Translations under genes and position numbers: made by a program
Part shown: in pieces, positions 28,133-32,000 of the stretch
How the letters are laid out: each line of letters begins with the position of its first letter
How positions within the stretch are numbered: position 1 is the first letter of the stretch
Assembly: GCA_000166095.1 (NCBI GenBank)
Contig: CP002278.1
Span: 90,001-122,000, forward strand
Source of the DNA: Methanothermus fervidus DSM 2088
GTDB taxonomy: Archaea; Methanobacteriota; Methanobacteria; DSM-2088; Methanothermaceae
Direction of reading: 5' to 3'
DNA: 32,000 bases
The notes under the pieces: model-generated
Told to the model about the DNA's origin: nothing
The model's database searches: none
What the model saw: the letters and a program-made list of their open reading frames with translations, nothing else

Positions 28133-29132
28133 TGGATCATATGGCGAAGGTGGCGGTGCATTAGTAAGGGTAGCAACAGCATTATCAGCATTAACAAAAA
28201 AAACAATAAGAATAGACAATATTAGGGCAAATCGTCCAAGAAAAGGTTTATCACACCAACATTTGAATGCAATCGAAGCTGTTTCAAAATTATGTAATGC
28301 AGAAGTTGATGGACTAAAATTAGGATCAACCACAATTATTTTTTCTCCAAAAGAATTAGAAGGAGGATCTTTAAATGTTAATATTGGAACGGCTGGAAGC
28401 ATTGGGTTAGTATTACAAGCTTTGATGATTCCTGCAGCATTTTCAGAATCAAAAACTAAGATAACCATCACTGGGGGAACTGATGTAAAATGGGCCCCCC
28501 CTATAGATTACATTTCTAATGTTACATTACCTATATTGAAAAAAATGGGTTACAAAGGAAAAATATCTCTTTTAAGGAGAGGATATTATCCTAAAGGTGG
28601 AGGAAAGGTTATAGCAGAAATTAAACCTATAAAAAAATTAAAGCCATTAAAACTTATAGAAAGTGAAATAGAATCTATAGAAGGAATATCTTATGCTAGT
28701 AACCTTCCAAAACATGTTGCAGATAGACAAGCAAAGTCTGCTTATAATATACTCAAAAAAACTGGTTTAGATATAGATATAGATGTAAGGCATGATAATG
28801 AATCTTTGTCTCCAGGTTCAGGCATTGTTTTATGGGCAAAAGGAAACACAAGGATTGGTAGTAGTTCATTAGGAGAAAGAGGTAAAAGAGCTGAAATAGT
28901 TGGCAAAGAAGCTGCTAAAGAATTATTGAATTTTTTAAATTCTGGGGCTCCTCTAGATAAATATATGGGTGATCAAATAATACCTTATATTTCACTAACA
29001 GAAAATTCCAAGGTCAGGACTGCTGAATTTACATTACATGCACACACAAATGTTTACGTTGTTAAAAAAATTCTTGGAAAGGAGTTAAAAATAGAAAATG
29101 GTTTAGGAAAAATTACTACAATTTCAACTTAA
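28119..29132 (+). CDS. rtcA: RNA 3'-terminal phosphate cyclase
   Basis: Motifs [39 protein letters not shown] and DQ..P match RtcA. ATG at 28119 follows GGTG ccaaaa; the track uses GTG at 28110. It overlaps the upstream gene by 14 nt. Confidence 0.9.
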   Translation: MIKIDGSYGEGGGALVRVATALSALTKKTIRIDNIRANRPRKGLSHQHLNAIEAVSKLCNAEVDGLKLGSTTIIFSPKELEGGSLNVNIGTAGSIGLVLQALMIPAAFSESKTKITITGGTDVKWAPPIDYISNVTLPILKKMGYKGKISLLRRGYYPKGGGKVIAEIKPIKKLKPLKLIESEIESIEGISYASNLPKHVADRQAKSAYNILKKTGLDIDIDVRHDNESLSPGSGIVLWAKGNTRIGSSSLGERGKRAEIVGKEAAKELLNFLNSGAPLDKYMGDQIIPYISLTENSKVRTAEFTLHAHTNVYVVKKILGKELKIENGLGKITTIST

Positions 29133-30080
29133 GTGTATACATGCACCAGAAAAAATTTTTTTAAGTCTTCCATCATCTAGTTCTAAAATTAAAGCACCAT
29201 CTTTTGTTACACCAACAGCTTCTCCTCTTATTCTCTTACCAAATTTTTTCCTGATTTCTACGTAACTTCCTATTGTTTTAGATAAGGCTCTCCATTCCTT
29301 AAGTATTTCTTGAAATTTTCCAGCTTTGAATTTTTCATATACTTTTTCAAATTCATATAAAAACTCACATAAAACATCTACTAAAGGTACTTCTTTACCT
29401 AATTCTTCTTTTATAGATGTTGCACCTTCTTGAAGTTCTATAGGGAAAGAATTTATATCTACATTTATGTCTATTCCAACTCCTACAATGACATATTCAA
29501 GAGATTCATTTCTAGAATATGATTCTGTTAATATGCCACAAACTTTTTTATTACCTATCAACACGTCGTTTGGCCATTTGATTCCAACATCTAAATTTTT
29601 AAATAATTTTTTCAAAGTTTTGGCAACCGCAACTGCAGTCATTAAAGTTATTTGTGGAGCATTGACAGCTGGAATGTCTGGTTTTAATATTATCGATGTC
29701 CAAATTCCTCCTTTGGGAGATATCCATTCTTTGTTTTCTCTTCCTCTTCCTCTGGTTTGGACCTGAGCTAGTACTATTGTGCCTTCTTCTTCACCTTTCT
29801 CAGCTAATTTTTTTGCTGTGAGGTTTGTTGAATCAACTATGTCAAAATAATAAATATTTCTTCCAATGTAATTTGTTTTTAATTTAGATTTTATCAATGA
29901 TGGTAAAAGTAAATTATGAGAATTTTTAAGTTTATATTTATCTTTATGTATTTTTAAATAATTTTTTAATTTTTCTATGATTTTGTCAAATTCTTTTTCA
30001 TCTATGCCTAATTCAGAAACTATGTCTTTCTTTGAAACTTCTTTTTTTTCATATAAAAAATTTAAAACCTTTTCTTTCAT
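29124..30080 (-). CDS. birA: Biotin--[acetyl-CoA-carboxylase] ligase with N-terminal HTH (BirA-type, bifunctional architecture)
   Basis: The N-terminal wHTH-like 60 aa are followed by [23 protein letters not shown]....KK.CGIL.E and a C-terminal SH3-like tail. The start overlaps the pycA stop (ATGA). Confidence 0.88.
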   Translation of the reverse strand: MKEKVLNFLYEKKEVSKKDIVSELGIDEKEFDKIIEKLKNYLKIHKDKYKLKNSHNLLLPSLIKSKLKTNYIGRNIYYFDIVDSTNLTAKKLAEKGEEEGTIVLAQVQTRGRGRENKEWISPKGGIWTSIILKPDIPAVNAPQITLMTAVAVAKTLKKLFKNLDVGIKWPNDVLIGNKKVCGILTESYSRNESLEYVIVGVGIDINVDINSFPIELQEGATSIKEELGKEVPLVDVLCEFLYEFEKVYEKFKAGKFQEILKEWRALSKTIGSYVEIRKKFGKRIRGEAVGVTKDGALILELDDGRLKKIFSGACIHLS

Positions 30081-31567
30081 TTATTTTCACCTTTCTTCTG
30101 AATATGTGCAATATAGCTACCAATTGCTGCTGTAATAGCAGCCACTTTTTTTGGTGGTAAAAACGTTGAAACTTGTCTAGAAACTCTTTCACGATCTTTC
30201 TCTATTATCTTTTTCATTTCCTCTTCAATTCTCTTTTTATGTTGATCCACAAATTGCGTGTGTAATTCTCCTTTTACAAATAAAGGATCTACCATCATAG
30301 CTTTATGAAAGGGTATTGTTGTTTTAACACCGATTATTATGTATTCACTTAATGCTCTTCTCATCCTAACAATTGCTTCTTTTCGATTTCTACCCCACAC
30401 TATAAGTTTTGATATCATTGAATCATAAAAACTGGGTATTTCATAACCCATATAAACTCCACTATCAACTCTTACTCCAATTCCTCCAGGAGACCTATAA
30501 CCTGTTATTTTCCCAGGACATGGTTGAAAATCTGATAAAGGATCTTCTGCATTTATTCTGCATTCGATTGCATGACCATTAATTTTAACATCTTTTTGTG
30601 TTATATTCAATTCTTCTCCAGCAGCTATTTTTATTTGTTCTTTTACGATGTCAATTCCTGTAACGGCTTCAGTTACTGGATGTTCAACTTGTATTCTTGT
30701 ATTCATTTCAAGAAAATAAAAATTACCATCTGCATACAAAAACTCAAAGGTTCCTGCATTTGTATATCCAATTTCTTTTGTAGCATTGACAACCATAGAT
30801 CCTATTTTTTCCCTTAATTCTTTATTTACTATAGGGGATGGTGCCTCTTCTATCAATTTTTGATGTCTTCTCTGTATAGAGCATTCTCTATCTCCTAAAT
30901 GTATAGCATTCCCATGTTCATCTGCAAGTACTTGAAATTCAATATGTCTTGGTTTCTCAAAATATTTTTCAATGTAGACTCTAGAATCTCCAAATACAGA
31001 TTTTGCAAGAGATTTAGCAGACTCCATGGCTCTTTCCATTTCATCTTCTTCATATACTGTTCTCATTCCTACCCCGCCACCACCTGCAGCAGCTTTTATT
31101 ATCACAGGATACCCTATTTCATCTGCTATTTTTAAAGCTTTCTTTACGCTTTTCACACCTTTCTCAGTTCCAGGGATGGTAGGTACCCCAACTTTACTCA
31201 TTAATTTTTTTGCAGCTATTTTATCTCCCATAGTTTTCATTATTGATGCAGATGGACCAATAAATTTTATACCACGCTTTTCACATTCTTTTGGTAATTT
31301 AGGATTTTCAGCTAGAAAACCGTATCCTGGATGAATAGCGTCTGCACCTGCTTCTTCAGCTACAGAAACAATTTTTTCGACATTTAAATAACTTTGAGAT
31401 GGATGAGAACCACCTATATGATAAGCTTCATCTGCATAATTAGTGAAGAGAGCTTTTTTGTCTGCATCAGAATAAACAGCAACAGTGTTAATATCTAATT
31501 CTCTACAGGCTCTCATAACCCGTATGGCTATTTCTCCACGGTTTGCTACAAGTACTTTTTCGAACAT
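30077..31567 (-). CDS. pycA: Pyruvate carboxylase subunit A (biotin carboxylase)
   Basis: Motifs [58 protein letters not shown] and the C-terminal biotin-carboxylase domain. 496 aa with no carboxyltransferase or BCCP domain, so it is the A subunit of an A/B-type archaeal PYC. Confidence 0.92.
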   Translation of the reverse strand: MFEKVLVANRGEIAIRVMRACRELDINTVAVYSDADKKALFTNYADEAYHIGGSHPSQSYLNVEKIVSVAEEAGADAIHPGYGFLAENPKLPKECEKRGIKFIGPSASIMKTMGDKIAAKKLMSKVGVPTIPGTEKGVKSVKKALKIADEIGYPVIIKAAAGGGGVGMRTVYEEDEMERAMESAKSLAKSVFGDSRVYIEKYFEKPRHIEFQVLADEHGNAIHLGDRECSIQRRHQKLIEEAPSPIVNKELREKIGSMVVNATKEIGYTNAGTFEFLYADGNFYFLEMNTRIQVEHPVTEAVTGIDIVKEQIKIAAGEELNITQKDVKINGHAIECRINAEDPLSDFQPCPGKITGYRSPGGIGVRVDSGVYMGYEIPSFYDSMISKLIVWGRNRKEAIVRMRRALSEYIIIGVKTTIPFHKAMMVDPLFVKGELHTQFVDQHKKRIEEEMKKIIEKDRERVSRQVSTFLPPKKVAAITAAIGSYIAHIQKKGENK

Positions 31568-32000
31568 GAGAATACATCCTCCTACCTCAAAAACTATAAT
31601 GGAGTATTCCCCATGGAGCTTCCTGCTTCATCAAGAAAACTTACCTGAGACTATAAGAGCTGTCCCATCCCCTCAACAGTATTCTACATGCTAATATATA
31701 ATTTCTCTTATATATTAATCCTTTCGATGTTTCTCTTGGATTTACCTTCTTAATTATCCATCTAGAACCTTCTTTCCAAGCTCATGATTTCTAGCCATAT
31801 TTCTTATCCTTATCCTTAAATCTTCAACGCATAGGTATATTCATGAAGAAAAGTAATGGATTGATATATAGTTTTCTTAATTTATAGAGTATTTTTGGAG
31901 AGGAAAAAGAAGGAGTAAGAGAGAGTTGTGTATATTTTTTTAGAATAAGTGTTAGTTTTGTACTTCATCTATATAAATACTTTTCTTATTTCATCCCTGA

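Noticed and set aside
31485-31694. Track ORF 31485..31694 (+) spanning the pycA start and leader
   Set aside because: It lies antisense to the pycA N-terminus and its RBS, has no RBS of its own, and its proline/serine-rich translation shows no recognisable motif.

Overview
The window is visibly AT-rich and very densely coded, with short or overlapping gene junctions. It looks like a core-chromosome segment of a hyperthermophilic methanogenic archaeon, probably of Methanobacteriales/Methanothermus type. That assignment is an inference from content: reverse gyrase, Alba, a trpEGCFBAD operon with a divergent trpY-like regulator, a TfrA-like flavoprotein, an FwdC-like GXGXG protein, PycA plus BirA, and GGTGAT-type ribosome-binding sites.

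Protein-coding content, left to right:
- 5' end of a fumarate reductase flavoprotein gene
- pyrF, a membrane protein, deoxyhypusine synthase, an HTH-CBS regulator, a DUF59 protein, archaeal adenylate kinase, tRNA-Ile(GAU)
- the seven-gene trp operon, then trpY
- an XPD/DinG-like helicase broken by a frameshift
- Alba, reverse gyrase, hypD, phosphoglycolate phosphatase, pdxT, a GXGXG beta-helix protein
- a metallophosphoesterase-Lhr helicase pair, a TsaA/TrmO-like protein
- an apparent operon of FAD protein, NYN protein, MJ0158-type SelA-like PLP enzyme and RtcA
- birA and pycA

I saw no CRISPR array, transposase, integrase or recognisable defence island. This is mostly ordinary housekeeping DNA.

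The items not explained by the ORF track are:
- four box C/D sRNA candidates in intergenic gaps, one of which carries a guide that is a perfect Shine-Dalgarno mimic
- an unlisted 53-aa RHH-like ORF
- a trpE reading frame with no canonical start codon behind its strong RBS
- a perfect 16-bp palindrome in the trpY/trpE control region
- a +1 frameshift at an A5 run in the helicase
- a GC-richer leader upstream of pycA whose inverted repeat could sequester the RBS

All product calls rest on motifs I recognise by eye. No database search or folding computation was possible.
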